Shown here one piece after another: positions 39,004-51,334 of a stretch of DNA of 64,000 bases; the stretch's first letter is position 1, and every line of letters starts with the position of its first letter. The stretch is taken from the NCBI GenBank assembly GCA_965153285.1, contig OZ229116.1. The stretch is one strand, 5' to 3'. Below the pieces are notes generated by a model. That model was not told the DNA's origin and searched no databases. It worked only from the letters and a program-made list of their open reading frames with translations. Position numbers and translations under genes: made by a program. The DNA is from Podarcis tiliguerta. Its lineage: Eukaryota.

Positions 39004-39470
39004 TGCGGCGTTCATACAGAGCCCCCGGTCGTCTCACGGACTATTGACCCGTACACCACTAATCCGCTGCCACCAACCGGGTCCTCCCTGGTAAAATCAC
39101 TTCAGTCTCAGTCAGCTTTTCAATTCATAAAGAATTTTATTTCAGACTTAAAACAAAACTATTACAGCATTCCAAACAGTGTTCCTCTTTACTTTCTTAG
39201 TCTTATGTTCCTCTCTCTATCTCTTCTACCTCCCCACACACTCAAGGACCAACTGCCCTAACTGTCCCTCTGTTACCAACTGCCTTTCCCAACCAGCCAA
39301 CCCACTCAAAAACCAACCAACTACCCACCCACAACTCCCAACGAACTAACTCCAGAACTCCTCCCAGAACTCCTTTATAGACCCACTGACTCCACCCCCC
39401 CTGGGTCCTGTCTGTGCAGCCTATTTAACTATTTCCCCTTCAGCACTCTCTCATATATGGTAACGTCACA
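39004..39470 (-). mobile_element. Solo LTR, 467 bp, intron 11
   Basis: TG...CA ends, perfect 5-bp TSD gccgt. On the minus strand, TATAAA (39374-39379) precedes AATAAA (39136-39141). Confidence 0.87.
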
Positions 39471-40605
39471 GCCGTGTGTCAGAAACATGGCGGAATGACA
39501 AGGCTGATTCAACAGGCAAATGTCCCAAATCCAGTATCTCAACACACTGCTGTAATTGAGCCTTTAAATGGATGCAGGGTTATAGCTTTGGAGTAAGAAG
39601 AGATTTCCAAATATGATACTGTTTTCAGAATCATCTGATTGAACTGAAGTTGCCAAATAACAGAGCACCCAGTCAAACTCTAGTTGCATCCAGTTAGTCA
39701 TTCTTAACAACCAGATGTCCCAGATGGGGATGTGCATATCTCACTCAATAAATTGTTTTCTTTCTTCCAATGATATTGTGATCATAACTTAGTATTATTA
39801 TTAATAAGGAGCTCTGGTACGTGAGATGAAATTGATCTATTGAGGTTGCAGTCTACGTGCACTTACTTGGGAATAAGCCCCAATGAACATAGTAGGCGAC
39901 TTTCTTTTGCAAGGAAACACGTAGGGGATGGTTTTGCTGTTTGTAAGGTTAAATATTGTTTCTGCCACATGACTTCCTGGCTTCTTTTCTTTCCCCCCAC
40001 CCTCTTTAGGCACCGACTGTGATGTTTGGAATTCACTTCCAGACACTTTACAGTTATTTCAAGCACCAAGAAAGAAGCTGTGTTTTATAACCCCGATCCT
40101 TAATTTTAATACAGTATTGTATTTTGCAATTACAATAGCATAGGCCAAATTCAAAGAGGAAAGAAATGTTGGGACTGTAAACGCCTAAGTAAATCATGTA
40201 GAAATAAATATTTCAGCCAGGTTTAAAATACGTGGGTGCATAATGTTGGCTTTGGTGAAGACACCCCTTTCTCATGATTGAAGAGTTTGTTTTTATTAAC
40301 CCAGTTAAGATTGTGCTTATGTCTGACTCTTACTGTTTAATTCTAATATTTGTCTGATGCCTAGTTTTTCTACTTGGAACAATAGAGTTACCTGTGATGA
40401 TCTGCCTTGTGAAAAGTGGAATACAAAAACTGCAGCATAAATGCTAATGATGCAGAGGGTTTTTTGTGTGTGTTTTTAAAAACTGCATCATCAACATTGC
40501 CAGCTGAACACTCTGTCCCACATTCAAAATCTCTAGGACAAAAAAAGGATACAATTTTTCATTGCTTTAGATTTCCGTCCTTCCTTTTTCTTCCCCTTGT
40601 CTGAA

Positions 40606-40607
<2 letters not shown>

Positions 40608-40642
<35 letters not shown>
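40608..40642. repeat. (CT)n microsatellite
   Basis: Read directly from the sequence. Confidence 0.95.
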
Positions 40643-40645
<3 letters not shown>

Positions 40646-41212
40646 GTATAATTCTTCTTTACCGCCATTTCATGTTATCTTTGTAAAGGCCTGCCATTTA
40701 CAAATCTCTTTGAAATCAGTAGAAGTTGAGGGAGCGCTCTTATGCACCAAAAGCTGGTGTGAAGTAAGCTGGGTGTAAGTTAAGCCAGCGCACAGTTACA
40801 CCAGATCCAAACCCCATTCAGCAGTGGGGCTGCTACTCCTGGTCTGCCTATGCCTGGAAGAGGGAAAAGAAGTATTTAAAATAATGTTAGGTTGTCAGGT
40901 CACATGACATAGTTGAAGGGGCGCCTAATCTCTGCTCTCTAGTCCTGCCCCACCACATCCCTGGAATGCTCCCTTCTGGGGAGTTACATCAAATGCTGGG
41001 TTAACTTTGACTGAGCTGAGCTTGGGTTAGATAACACTGGGTTGTATACATTTCCTACAAAAGAGACACAAAACTTTTGATTCCTGAGTATGCTAAAGCT
41101 ATCCAATATTACATGGTTGAGTTGGAGTTCCAGCTTGCTCATCCTGGTGGATCTTGCTATAAGACTTCTCCTAAGGGTTTATACTTCTGCTGTTTTCATT
41201 TTAGTAGAACAT

Positions 41213-41699
41213 GTTGTTGTTGTTTAGTTGTGTCCGACTCTTCGTGACCCCCTGGACCAGAGCACGCCAGGCACTCCTGTCTTCCACTGCCTCCCACAGT
41301 TTAGTCAAACTCATGCTGGTAGCTTCGAGAACACTGTCCAACCATCTCGTCCTCTGCCGTCCCCTTCTCCTGGTGCCCTCAATCTTTCCCAACATCAAGG
41401 TCTTTTCCAGGGAGTCTTCTCTTCTCATGAGGTGGCCCAAGTATTGGAGCCTCAGCTTCATGATCTGTCCTTCCAGTGAGCACCCAGGGCTGATTTCCTT
41501 CAGAATGGATAGGTTTGATCTTCTTGCAGTCCATGGGACTCTCAAGAGTCTCCTCCAGCACCATAATTCAAAAGCATCAATTTTTCGGCGATCAGCCTTC
41601 TTTATGGTCCAGCTCTCACTTCCATACATCACTACTGGGAAAACCATAGCTTTAACTATAAGGACCTTTGTTGGTGAGGTGATGTCTCTGCTTTTTTTG
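41213..41699 (-). mobile_element. BovB LINE, 5'-truncated
   Basis: Open RT C-terminal frame through ...RALVQGVTKSRTQLN and a (CAA)n tail. Perfect TSD tagtagaacat. Confidence 0.95.
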
Positions 41700-42063
41700 T
41701 AGTAGAACATAGGAACGCCCTAACCTTCCTCACTGGATTGCAACCCAACTCCTACTTTAAAAGATACATTTATTTATTACATTTTTATGCTCCCTGCCAT
41801 GAATCTCAAAACATCCATTATTTCCTCTACGAGTTTGCAACTCTCATTATACTTGGTTCATAGTTGTTGTTTTTCTGCAGTCGTGAAAGGAGAGCTCCCT
41901 TTTTTCCTATTTGGGGACTGTGGGCTTGGTGCTTAAAACCCTAAACCTGATATAAAGGAGTTATTCTTTTTTCCCTTAGTCTAACCCTAATGTATAAAGT
42001 TTTATTAATAAAGTCAGATATGGGGAGGGGGAAAACTGAATTTTTTTTATTCGTTTGTTTCAG

Positions 42064-42171
42064 GTCCGGACATGGATACTGACAGTGGGCTACACAACTG
42101 CATTTGGTGCAATGTTTGCAAAAACATGGAGAGTCCATGCAATATTCAAAAATGTAAAAATGAAGAAAAAG
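42064..42171 (+). CDS. GABBR2: GABBR2 coding exon (exon 12 equivalent), 108 nt, TM3-ICL2
   Basis: tttcag|GTC...AAG|gtgagt. Translates [36 protein letters not shown]. Confidence 0.98.
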
Positions 42172-42584
42172 GTGAGTCTTTTTTTAAAAAAATCATCATA
42201 TTTTCCTTCTCTCCTCTAGCCTTTTAGCTGATGATAGAAACACTGTATTGCAAACCTAGTAGGTTCTTGCAGGATGTTTACATATTAAGAATTTCTATCA
42301 TCTCAGACTGATAGCAAGACTGACAGCAAGATTCTGAGACCATACAGATCAAATATTTAATAGAGAGTGGAATATTTACAGAGAATATCTAAAAGAACAT
42401 TGTAAAAACCTAAATTCTTTGGCAGGCCTGGATTGACCTCTGCATGAAATAAGAGAATTTTACAAAATTAACACAACTGAACAACCTAGGAGAGATAAAG
42501 TTAAGTGTGCAGCTAAACAATGTAACTTAGGAATCACAATGGGGGGATTGGAAGTCATGTTGGAATTCGTTATGTGTGAAATCA

Positions 42585-42635
<51 letters not shown>

Positions 42636-42695
42636 TATTACTTATACCCTGCCCATCTGGCTGGGTTTGCCCAGCCACTCTGGGCAGCTTCCAAC
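42585..42695 (-). mobile_element. L2 3' terminus with an expanded (AAT)n tail
   Basis: (ATT)n run followed by the reverse complement of the L2 tail seen at about 38830-38885. Confidence 0.85.
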
Positions 42696-44040
42696 AAGAG
42701 ATTAATTTTTTATTTTAATTTTTTCGTAATGAGTCTTGATTTTGGATTGCCTTTTGTTGATTGTGTTGTATTTTTTTCTTCGGTATTTGTTTTGTTTTGT
42801 TTTTAAAAACAATAAAGCATTACAAAAAGAATTTCTATCATCTCTGTGTTGCCTGTTTGCTTACTGGCAACTGTGCTGTGAAAGTTCATGGATGAGAAAC
42901 CGTCATATTGAGTGGCACTTAGCTTGGGGTAATAAGTATGATTTGGGGATGTTTTGTGATGGTGCTTTGATACTGTTCATCTGCCTAGGTCCTAGTGGAA
43001 TATTGTATGAACATTCGTTGTTCTGCTACAGGTGCCCAGTCCAATGATGCTCCATGGAATTGGGATCAACTTGATATTATCAATATTATTGGTTGAATTC
43101 TGATATTTTATCCATATGTGTTCTGCCTTTGGGTTGATATCAATAGTTTGTTCTTAGATGGAGAAGCCAGTTGTGTTCCGTGCCACTGTAGTGCAGAGGT
43201 AGTTGGTCTGGATGTGATGTGCAATTGTGATAGATTCTGAATTTTAAATAACTTGTTCTGCCAGTATGGGTATAATATATGACTGCTGCTGTGCAGTTTG
43301 GTCCTGGGCATGTTGCCATTGTCCTCATTTTATGTAATCTAGCTGTCAGTCTACTCGGGGGCAAATCCTGATCTATGGATTGCCAACAGCCTTTGTCTCC
43401 TTTCATTTCACTTGTTGGCACTGCTTTTGTTGTCATGCATGGCACTGAGAAGATTTGGCCCTTAGCCAAAAAAGGAGGCTGTCAGTGTCCTTGCCAGGTC
43501 ACAGGTTGAGGGACTGTAAATTCCATCTCTGGTGGGTGCTGGTAATGCAGTGCGTTGAATTACTAGAAGCAGCCAAAATTGGGGAAATTATAGAGAAGCA
43601 AGCAAGCAGCATTTCCTGGCCTTCATGTAACATTCACCATAGACAAGTGGTTCACGTATGTCCAGGATTAAGTGTATATTGTGATGATGACATAGGATGT
43701 CCTACCGCAGCAGAGGCATTTTCTGTTTGTTAGAATAAATTTATTTCTTGTACATTCACATTGCGCTGAGATCCTACATATCTAAAGGCTTTATCAGTCC
43801 AAGATCTACCAGGTGTAAAATGAAGAGTAGACTGCTAGTAAATTTGAATGCCTGATGTGTTGCAAAAAGCTCAAGAAGCACAGCAAGGAGAAACAGTTTC
43901 TTGCTGTTGCATCCTGACAATACATAGATTTGCTGGTTCAGACACAACGATGCAGATGTTCACTCCAATTGGATTTTTTTTGTGTGCAGTTCCCTGACTT
44001 TCTCAAGCAAGAACAAGTTTTGGAGTTTATGTGTGTAGAT

Positions 44041-44226
44041 CAGGGGTCGTCAACCTGGTCCCTACCACCCACTAGTGGGTGTTTCAGAATTCTAGGTGGG
44101 CAGTAGGGGGTTCTATGGCACAAGCTGAATCCTCCTTCCATCGAGCACTGGTGGGCGGTAAGGAAATTTTACCATCAAGAAAGATGCATTAGTGGGTGGT
44201 AGGGATAAAAAGGTTGGCTACCCCTG
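44041..44226. mobile_element. hAT MITE
   Basis: caggggtcgtcaacct / aggttggctacccctg. Perfect TSD gtgtagat. Confidence 0.9.
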
Positions 44227-44257
44227 GTGTAGATCATTCTCCTTATGAAGAAAGAGT

Positions 44258-44599
44258 TGTTGTTGTTTAGTCGTGTCCAACTCTTCGTGACCCCATGGAC
44301 CAGAGCACGCCAGGCACTTCTGTTTTCCACTGCCTTCTGCATGCTGGTAGCTCCGAGAACACTATCCAACCATCTCGTTCTCTGTCGTCCCCTTCTCCTT
44401 GTGCCCTCAGTCATTCCCAACATCAAGGTCTTTTCCAGGGAGTCTTCTCTTCTCATGAGGTGGCCAAAGTATTGGAGCCTCAGCTTCATGATCTGTCCTT
44501 CCAGTGAGCACTCAGGGCTGATTTCCTTAAGAATGGATAGGTTTGATCTTCTTGCAGTCCATGGGACTCTCAAGAGTCTCCTCCAGCACCATAATTCAA
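44258..44599 (-). mobile_element. BovB LINE, short 5'-truncated copy with a small internal deletion
   Basis: Same RT C-terminus as the other copies. TSD aagaaagagt (44248-44257, 44600-44609). Confidence 0.94.
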
Positions 44600-45120
44600 A
44601 AGAAAGAGTACTGTATTGTGAAACCTTCTGGTGTGGTTGTGTGTGTATCAGCTTCCGAGGTTCCCCTTCTAACCTTACCCTTCTTTTAGTGTCTCACAGA
44701 CAGAGCCAATCATCTCAAGTGGACAGCTAGGTGCCTACATCTTGCTTCTTTCCCCTGGAATCAAGAAGGGAGGGGAGGCAAAGGGATATTCTTTTTAAAT
44801 CAGCTATTCTACTTTCCCTCACCCTAGTCACCGAAGAACATGAGAAGGGCCCTCTTGCAATTCAGTGAATCACAGGGGGAAACAATCACAGGGATGGGAA
44901 CCTGTGGTTTTCCAGATGTTGTTGGACTTCAACCTCTTTATCCTTCCCGGCTGTTGACTATGCTGGCTGGAGCTGGTGGGATATGGGAGTCTATTACCAC
45001 CTGGAGAGCCATTGGTTAGCCTTACCTTCTCTATTCCAGTTTTCCTTTAATTCTGAATTTTTTGAAATGTGAAATTGTAATTGTAAACTGCCCTAAGCCT
45101 TAGGAATGCATGGGATAGAA

Positions 45121-45280
45121 CAGGGATGTCCAACCAGTCGATCGTGATCTACTGGTCAATCGCGGGGTGTCTGTGGTCGATTGCCAAAAAAAGCTCAACA
45201 GCTTTGGTCAATTCAGCAGGTAAACCAGTTTATTTATAGTGGGAGTAGATTACTGTCTCTTGAAAGTTGAATAGTGCCTG
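45121..45280. mobile_element. hAT MITE, related to 32021-32300
   Basis: Perfect TSD ggatagaa. Left end cagggatgtccaac. Confidence 0.85.
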
Positions 45281-45288
45281 GGATAGAA

Positions 45289-45487
45289 GTTTTTGTGCGC
45301 TCTGGCTTCCGTCACGGTCCTGCGTGCACCAGTAGTGGTTTAGTCATGCTGGCCACATGACCCGGAAAGCTGTCTGTGGACAAACGCCAGCTCCCTCAGC
45401 CTGAAAAGCAAGATGAGTGCTTTACCGCATAGTCGCCTTTGACTGGACTTAACCCTCCAGGGGTCCTTTTCCTTTACCATTTTACCT
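45289..45487 (+). mobile_element. Sauria SINE 3' half, divergent subfamily
   Basis: ttagtcatgctggccacatgacccggaa ... caggggtccttttcctttacc. Confidence 0.85.
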
Positions 45488-46774
45488 GGGTGCACTCACT
45501 GCATATGGACTGGAGGATATAGTGGCTCTGTGCAATAAGACTCCAGGATCGGTTTGCAGGAAGCAATCAATGGCATGAAACTAGGCATGGGGTCTGTAAG
45601 CAGATGCCAGGAACTAGCAAAACAATTGGACTCTGTTCCAGACATCCAATGGATAGCCTGAAAGCTAATCAGATAAATTCACATTACTAGTGGATTGGAA
45701 CTAACATGGTTCACTCATCTGTATTAATTTGACATTTGGCCTGTGCTGACTGTTGTACTCAAAGGTAACTGCCAGTGGTTTCAGTGGGACTGAATTTAAG
45801 ATTGCAACCCCAAAAGCATTATTAGCACTATGAAGCCAATCACTTTTATTCTTAAGAATAATATTGGATGTTTTCGTAGTTCTTTCTGATCTACTAAATA
45901 AATAAACGGGGAAATGGGGTGTTTTGCAGAGGTAAAAATCTCCATGCTAAATAAAATGAGCACCACCAAGTGCACTATTAAGAGACCATCTGCTGAAAAT
46001 GAACCAACATATGGCGATTTGCATTTCAATTTTTTCTAGCATTGTAGCTTACTTCAAAATAAGAAAAAAATAGAAACCTGCTTAAAATTATAATGAGGGA
46101 ATTAGTAGTATATTAGCTGAATTTTCATAGCAAATCTGCCCTGTAGTGTATTGGGTTTGATATTATACAGCTTAGTTAGTGAAATTTGTATTTTAGTTAA
46201 AGGAGCAATGAGCAGGATAAAGTTTCTTTATTTTATGTCATAATCTGTTTATAGAGGTTGTCAACATGTGAACAAGAAGGATAAAATGGGTTGGAGCCAG
46301 ATTGACGCTGGATCCACACCTACCAGGGAGTAAGTCCCATTGAAGAGAAGCAGAATTTGTTCAGCGTTGTAGCCCTGATTCATAAAAAGCAGCCCTTTGA
46401 TCACCAATTTGCTGGCAAGAATGTAAGAGGCCAATTAAGTAGGCTCCACTGCGGCAGTGCTAAGCAAAGGGTGAAACAGTGCCACAATGTAAGGGCGGCA
46501 CACAGGTGGAAATTATTCCATGGGGAATTAAACAGAGATAAACAGCACACTTCTTATGTGAAAATATTTCATTTTGGATACAGGTCCGGACTGTTAGCTG
46601 CATGTGGGTGGCGTTGAAACCAATAGGGCAAGTTAGTCATTTCCTCATCCTATTTATTCCAATATGAACAAAGTACAACTAACTTAAACCAAATTCTAAA
46701 CAGGCTTATTTAGGAGCATGACATTTTCTTCTTTGCTCCTTCAGCTCAAGTTCAGGTTCATTCTCTGGACCTCT

Positions 46775-46845
46775 CCTGCCTTGCTTGGCAGGGGGTTGGA
46801 CTCGATGGCCCTTGTGGTCTATTCCAACTCTATGATTCTATGATT
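46775..46845 (+). mobile_element. CR1 3' terminal fragment
   Basis: ggggttggactcgatggcccttgtggtc..ttccaactctatgattctatgatt, with the CR1 octamer tail. Confidence 0.85.
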
Positions 46846-47373
46846 ACAGCAACCTTCTTTTGTCTTCCCTTTGTTGCCTCACCTTAATATAAGAATGGGG
46901 AGCCAGTGGCCCTCCCGAAGTTGTTGAATGCCAACTCCCATCAGCTCCAACCAGCATAGCCAATGGTCAGGGATGATGGGAGCTGTAGTCCAGCAATATC
47001 TGGAGAGCCACCAGATGCAATAGGATGATGAAGCTGGGCATTTGCTGGGGCCAGACACAGGCAAAGGACCCATCCTGCCACAAGAAATCATTTTCTGCTT
47101 TGTGCATAGGACATAAAGAAATGACTCTCTGTCATTCAGACCTTCCTGGCATATTGTACAAAGTGTCAAAGTGTTGTTGGAGTGTTATAAAAGACTCTTA
47201 GGAGATGGGCTGAATAATGCCTCACATTGTATGAAGCACCCAGCACAAGGGAGGGTGCATCTCTGCCCCCACCTCAAGCCCTCTCAAAGGGCAGGAAAGC
47301 ATTCCCTTATTTTGCTTCTGAAAAACTGACGTGCTGTTTCAATGTTTAGAGATGGGACTGGATGATGCCACTA

Positions 47374-47636
47374 CAGTGGTACCTCGCAAGACGAATGCCT
47401 CGGAAGACGAAAAACTCGCAAGACGAAAGAGTTTTCCGTTTTCTGAGTTGCTTCGCAAGACGGATTTCCCTATGGACTTGCTTCGCAAGACGAAACGTCT
47501 TGCGCCTTTTTTTTTAAACCGCCAATGCATTCCTATGGGAAACCGTCAATACACAGTGGTGCTTCGCAAGACGAAAAAACTCGCAGAACGAAAAAACTCG
47601 CAGAACAAATTAATTTCGTCTTGCGAGGCACCACTG
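47374..47636. mobile_element. Tigger-like MITE with repeated cgcaagacg motifs
   Basis: ta|cagtggtacctcgcaagacgaa ... ttcgtcttgcgaggcaccactg|ta. Confidence 0.88.
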
Positions 47637-47786
47637 TATATATTTTCTGCCTTTCACTTTTTGGATTCAAAAAGTTGAATTGAGTCCATAACTGTACCTT
47701 CTGCTGGAAGCTGTAACGAATGTATTTCTGAGTTCCCTTAACTTGAACATGAAAAGCATTGGTGTGTGCATGTGTCTGTGAATGCA

Positions 47787-47788
<2 letters not shown>

Positions 47789-47840
<52 letters not shown>
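47789..47840. repeat. (AT)n microsatellite about 270 nt upstream of exon 13
   Basis: About 26 uninterrupted AT units. Confidence 0.95.
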
Positions 47841-47842
<2 letters not shown>

Positions 47843-48109
47843 CTGAGTTTTGTTGTCTGTTCCACTATCTTCATTCTGCATGATTTAGATGTTTGCGCTC
47901 TTCAGACAGCACCGGCAAGCAGGAAATGTAGCTTGCAAGATGACCTTTTCTTGTATTCCGGTATCACAAAGACCTTTTTTTGTACATAATTAAAAAGCCT
48001 TGTTAGCACTGTTACATACCTTTTATTTATGGCACTTAAGAAAGGCGCCACAGGAATCTCAGACTTATATGGGAATGCCCTCCTATGCTCTCTGCTTTTT
48101 TCTCCCCAG

Positions 48110-48232
48110 ATCATTAAGGACCAAAAGCTTCTGGTAATAGTTGGGGGAATGCTGCTGATAGATCTTTGCATCTTGATTTGCTGGCAAGTAGTCGATCCCT
48201 TGAGGAGGACGGTGGAAAATTACAACATGGAG
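48110..48232 (+). CDS. GABBR2: GABBR2 coding exon (exon 13 equivalent), 123 nt, TM4 and start of ECL2
   Basis: ccccag|ATC...GAG|gtatgt. Translates [41 protein letters not shown]. The next exon (PDPAGRD...) was not found in the window. Confidence 0.98.
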
Positions 48233-50362
48233 GTATGTCATCACAACTTCTACCATTTTCACATTTGGTGTTGCAATGCAAGACAGTGAATGAAAATATA
48301 TTGAAAGAGGTCAGGCATGGGTTTTTCGAGTGGACTGGAAAGGGGAAAAAATAATAATTCATGACAGAAGAAAATTGCATCTGCACTCTAAATACAGTCC
48401 TGCATCTCTGCCATGCTTAAGAAGTTTTAGATGCAGTAATGTTGTAAACACAGGGGAGTTCTCTGCTAAGAGTCTATAAGAGACGGTGTTGCAATAAATA
48501 ATAGATTTTCAGACTCCATTAGGAGAATTCATGGGGAACTAATGCAAGCTAGACATAAAATGAAGACTTGAAATAAAGTCATCTCCTGAAAAAAAAAATC
48601 CCTATATGAAGAACTAAGCTTCCATTGCTATTGTGGATCTTTGGGTATTGTAATTGCAATACCCATTATTTTACTTGGCCTAGTTCTCTTATGTATAATG
48701 TCTGGTCCTCTAATGTCATCTCCTGCAAAAGGTCAGCCTGGAAATATAAAGGTCAAGGATGACAGGCCTGGTAGCATGCTGCTTGACTTTCTGGTTATAT
48801 GTGATATATACTCTGGAAGAAAAGTCTTCAGAAAGTAGAAGGTCTTGAAGGCAGGAGAAATGGAAATCTTTAGCGAAAGGGGTTCTCTGTGAACAGTTGC
48901 ATCAGTATGTTGAAAAAAAATTAATCTAAAATGGTTTTTCTGTTACAGTGTTTGCTTACAAGTGAGCAAAAATAGTTTTTGCATCAACACAAGTGCTACC
49001 TTTTCTAACTTCTCTGCTTCCTATCTTCTACTATGTCACAATTCTTATCACATGGCAGCGAAAGTAGCAGGGTTCTGGTGCGGCAGCATTTCCTAAGGTG
49101 ACTGCGTAGGTTTGGAGGGTCTCTGGTAGTTGTGGGAGATTGTGACTATTTTGATGCATCTAAGAGGCCACTCATTTCTTAGGAGCAGTTCCCTGTTTAT
49201 GAAATGCCTTCCCTGGTGAGTCTTCTCTCACTGGCTCTAGCTCATGCTCTCGCTCTCATTATTAACATTCAGAAGGAATTTTAAAACATTCTTGTTCATC
49301 CAAGCATTTTATGGCTGAAATGTAGTGTTCCTGGTGACCTTGAAATTGGTAGCTGTGAGGATATGAAACTGTTTTCAGGCGTTTTTACTTTGTATTGTTT
49401 GGTTGCTTGCCACCCCGGGCTTGTTTGGGAGGAAAGGTGGGATAGACATAAATAAATGAACATTCTCTGAGAATCTGCAGCAGAGGTAACCAGCATAGTG
49501 CTGTCTCTGGCCATTGGTCATGCTGGTCAGAGCTGTAGAGAGCTGGAATCCCAACAAAATCTGGAGGGCACCATGTTGCCTATCCCTGATCTATGCAGTG
49601 TTCTCTGAATGACAACTTACATTGCTGATACAGAATCTGAGTGAGAGATGAGCCAGAGACCACTCCAAATAATTTTCTAGGATTGAGGAAGTAGCCAGAC
49701 ACTTGTTTTGAAATGCGCTTGCTTCATACTGTTGACAACAATCGTGTTGCTATATTTCTAAACCAGAGATAGTTAACTTCTGTGTTCTTCTGGGTCACTT
49801 TGCCAAAGATGGGCAATACAATAAATAGTACAATAAAGTTGACATCTGCTAGCAGTAAAGATGGCTCATTCATGGAAGATATACATTCAGCCAGGGATTT
49901 TTTTTCATCTGGAACTCGCCAGAATCAGTTCTGGCACCTCTCAGGTGGGTGCCATTACCATTCTAAGAGAATGAGGCAGTTGTTCATGATGAGTTTGGGC
50001 ACCTCATTGTCTCCTACAACTTGATCCCCGTCCCCTTCCCTTATGAATGAATGTGTTGCCGTGATTTGTGCAAGACCACTTACTGTATTAGTGGCAGAAT
50101 GGTATTGTGGGCTTTCTGTTCTCACTGGAGAAACAGCCTTTAAGGGAACTTCTTTGCATCCGTAACTGTTTCAAACATGCAGTCAATAAAAGTTTCTGTA
50201 TAATAGTGCAATGATTTCAACCTATATTAGTCATTTCGAAATCTGGTACTTTAATATCTTATCTTAAAGTAGGCCTTACCTCACCTGAATATTGAATCTC
50301 CTTAGACTGGCAGAAATCCTTTATCCCATCTGACTATAGCCGGATGAGGTAGCCATCTAATA

Positions 50363-50929
50363 CAGGGGTCAGCAAACTTTTTCCACAGGGGGCCGGTCCA
50401 CTGTCCCTCAGACCTTTTGGGGGGGCTGGACTATATTTTGGAGGGGGGAAACCCCCCACCGACTCCCCCCTCCCTTCTCAACAGCACCAGACGAGCCCTG
50501 GTGACTGTTTACCTGTGCCTTGCGAGTGGCAGGGGCTGGCGGTTGCGGCAACAGAGGGATGATGAGCAGCGCAAAAGGGCTGGCTCCGGAGAGGGGCTGC
50601 TCTGCTTTAAATGGCACTCAGTCAACCGCAGCTCCTGTGCCTTGCGAGTGGCAGGGGCTGGTGGCGGAGGAACGAAATGTTGCTCAGCCAACTGAGGCTC
50701 AACAAAGCCCAGCCCCCTTCCTCCTCTAGGCAGGGCTGGGAGAAGCCAGGAGGAGGGAGGGAGGAGGCGTCGCAATGGTGCGTGGGAGGGGGAAGGGATG
50801 GCGCGGCCCGAATGATCAGAATCCCCATGCCGATCCACACGGCAATTTCCGGACCGTCTGTGGTCCAGATCCAGAAGGCAATTGGGCCGGATCCACGCCC
50901 CCCACTTGGCCTTAATTTGCCGACCCATG
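50363..50929. mobile_element. GC-rich non-autonomous hAT (Charlie-like) element
   Basis: caggggtcagcaaa / tttgccgacccatg. TSD atctaata / ttctaatg. Internal 28-bp direct repeat cctgtgccttgcgagtggcaggggctgg. Confidence 0.82.
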
Positions 50930-51334
50930 TTCTAATGCATATCTGTCTGACAGCCAGCCTTGCAAGCTGTCAGTTCAATTCACGGCATGCCCCTGTTCAA
51001 ACAGGCTCCTGCCACACACACATATATGCCAATGCCTGTCTTTGCCTCATTAGACTTCTTTTGTTCATGGCAGCTGTTTCTGTTGTTTGTGTAGGATCCT
51101 TCATCCATCCTTGCCTCTTGCATTCTACTGGCCTGTAGAACTTGTGGCACATCAAGCCCATACAGTACCTAACCACCAATGAATAGTGGTCTGCTCTGGG
51201 TTCAAAAGCCCTCTTGTTTTGCAATCCCAGGCAGGCAGCTAACACAAGCAGCTTTAGCAAGCATCCAGTATGATGAAGGGTCCCAAGTTCTGCACATAGT
51301 TCTCCTCATAGGTAGGGGAAAACATCATTTATTT

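Noticed and set aside
47374-47636. CRISPR-like repeat-spacer array (cgcaagacg repeats)
   Set aside because: The repeats are short, irregular and bounded by TIRs with a TA TSD in vertebrate DNA. They are MITE subterminal repeats.
50408-51138. Cluster of overlapping GC-rich ORFs or a CpG-island promoter
   Set aside because: It coincides with a hAT element bounded by TIRs and a TSD, and encodes no recognisable protein.
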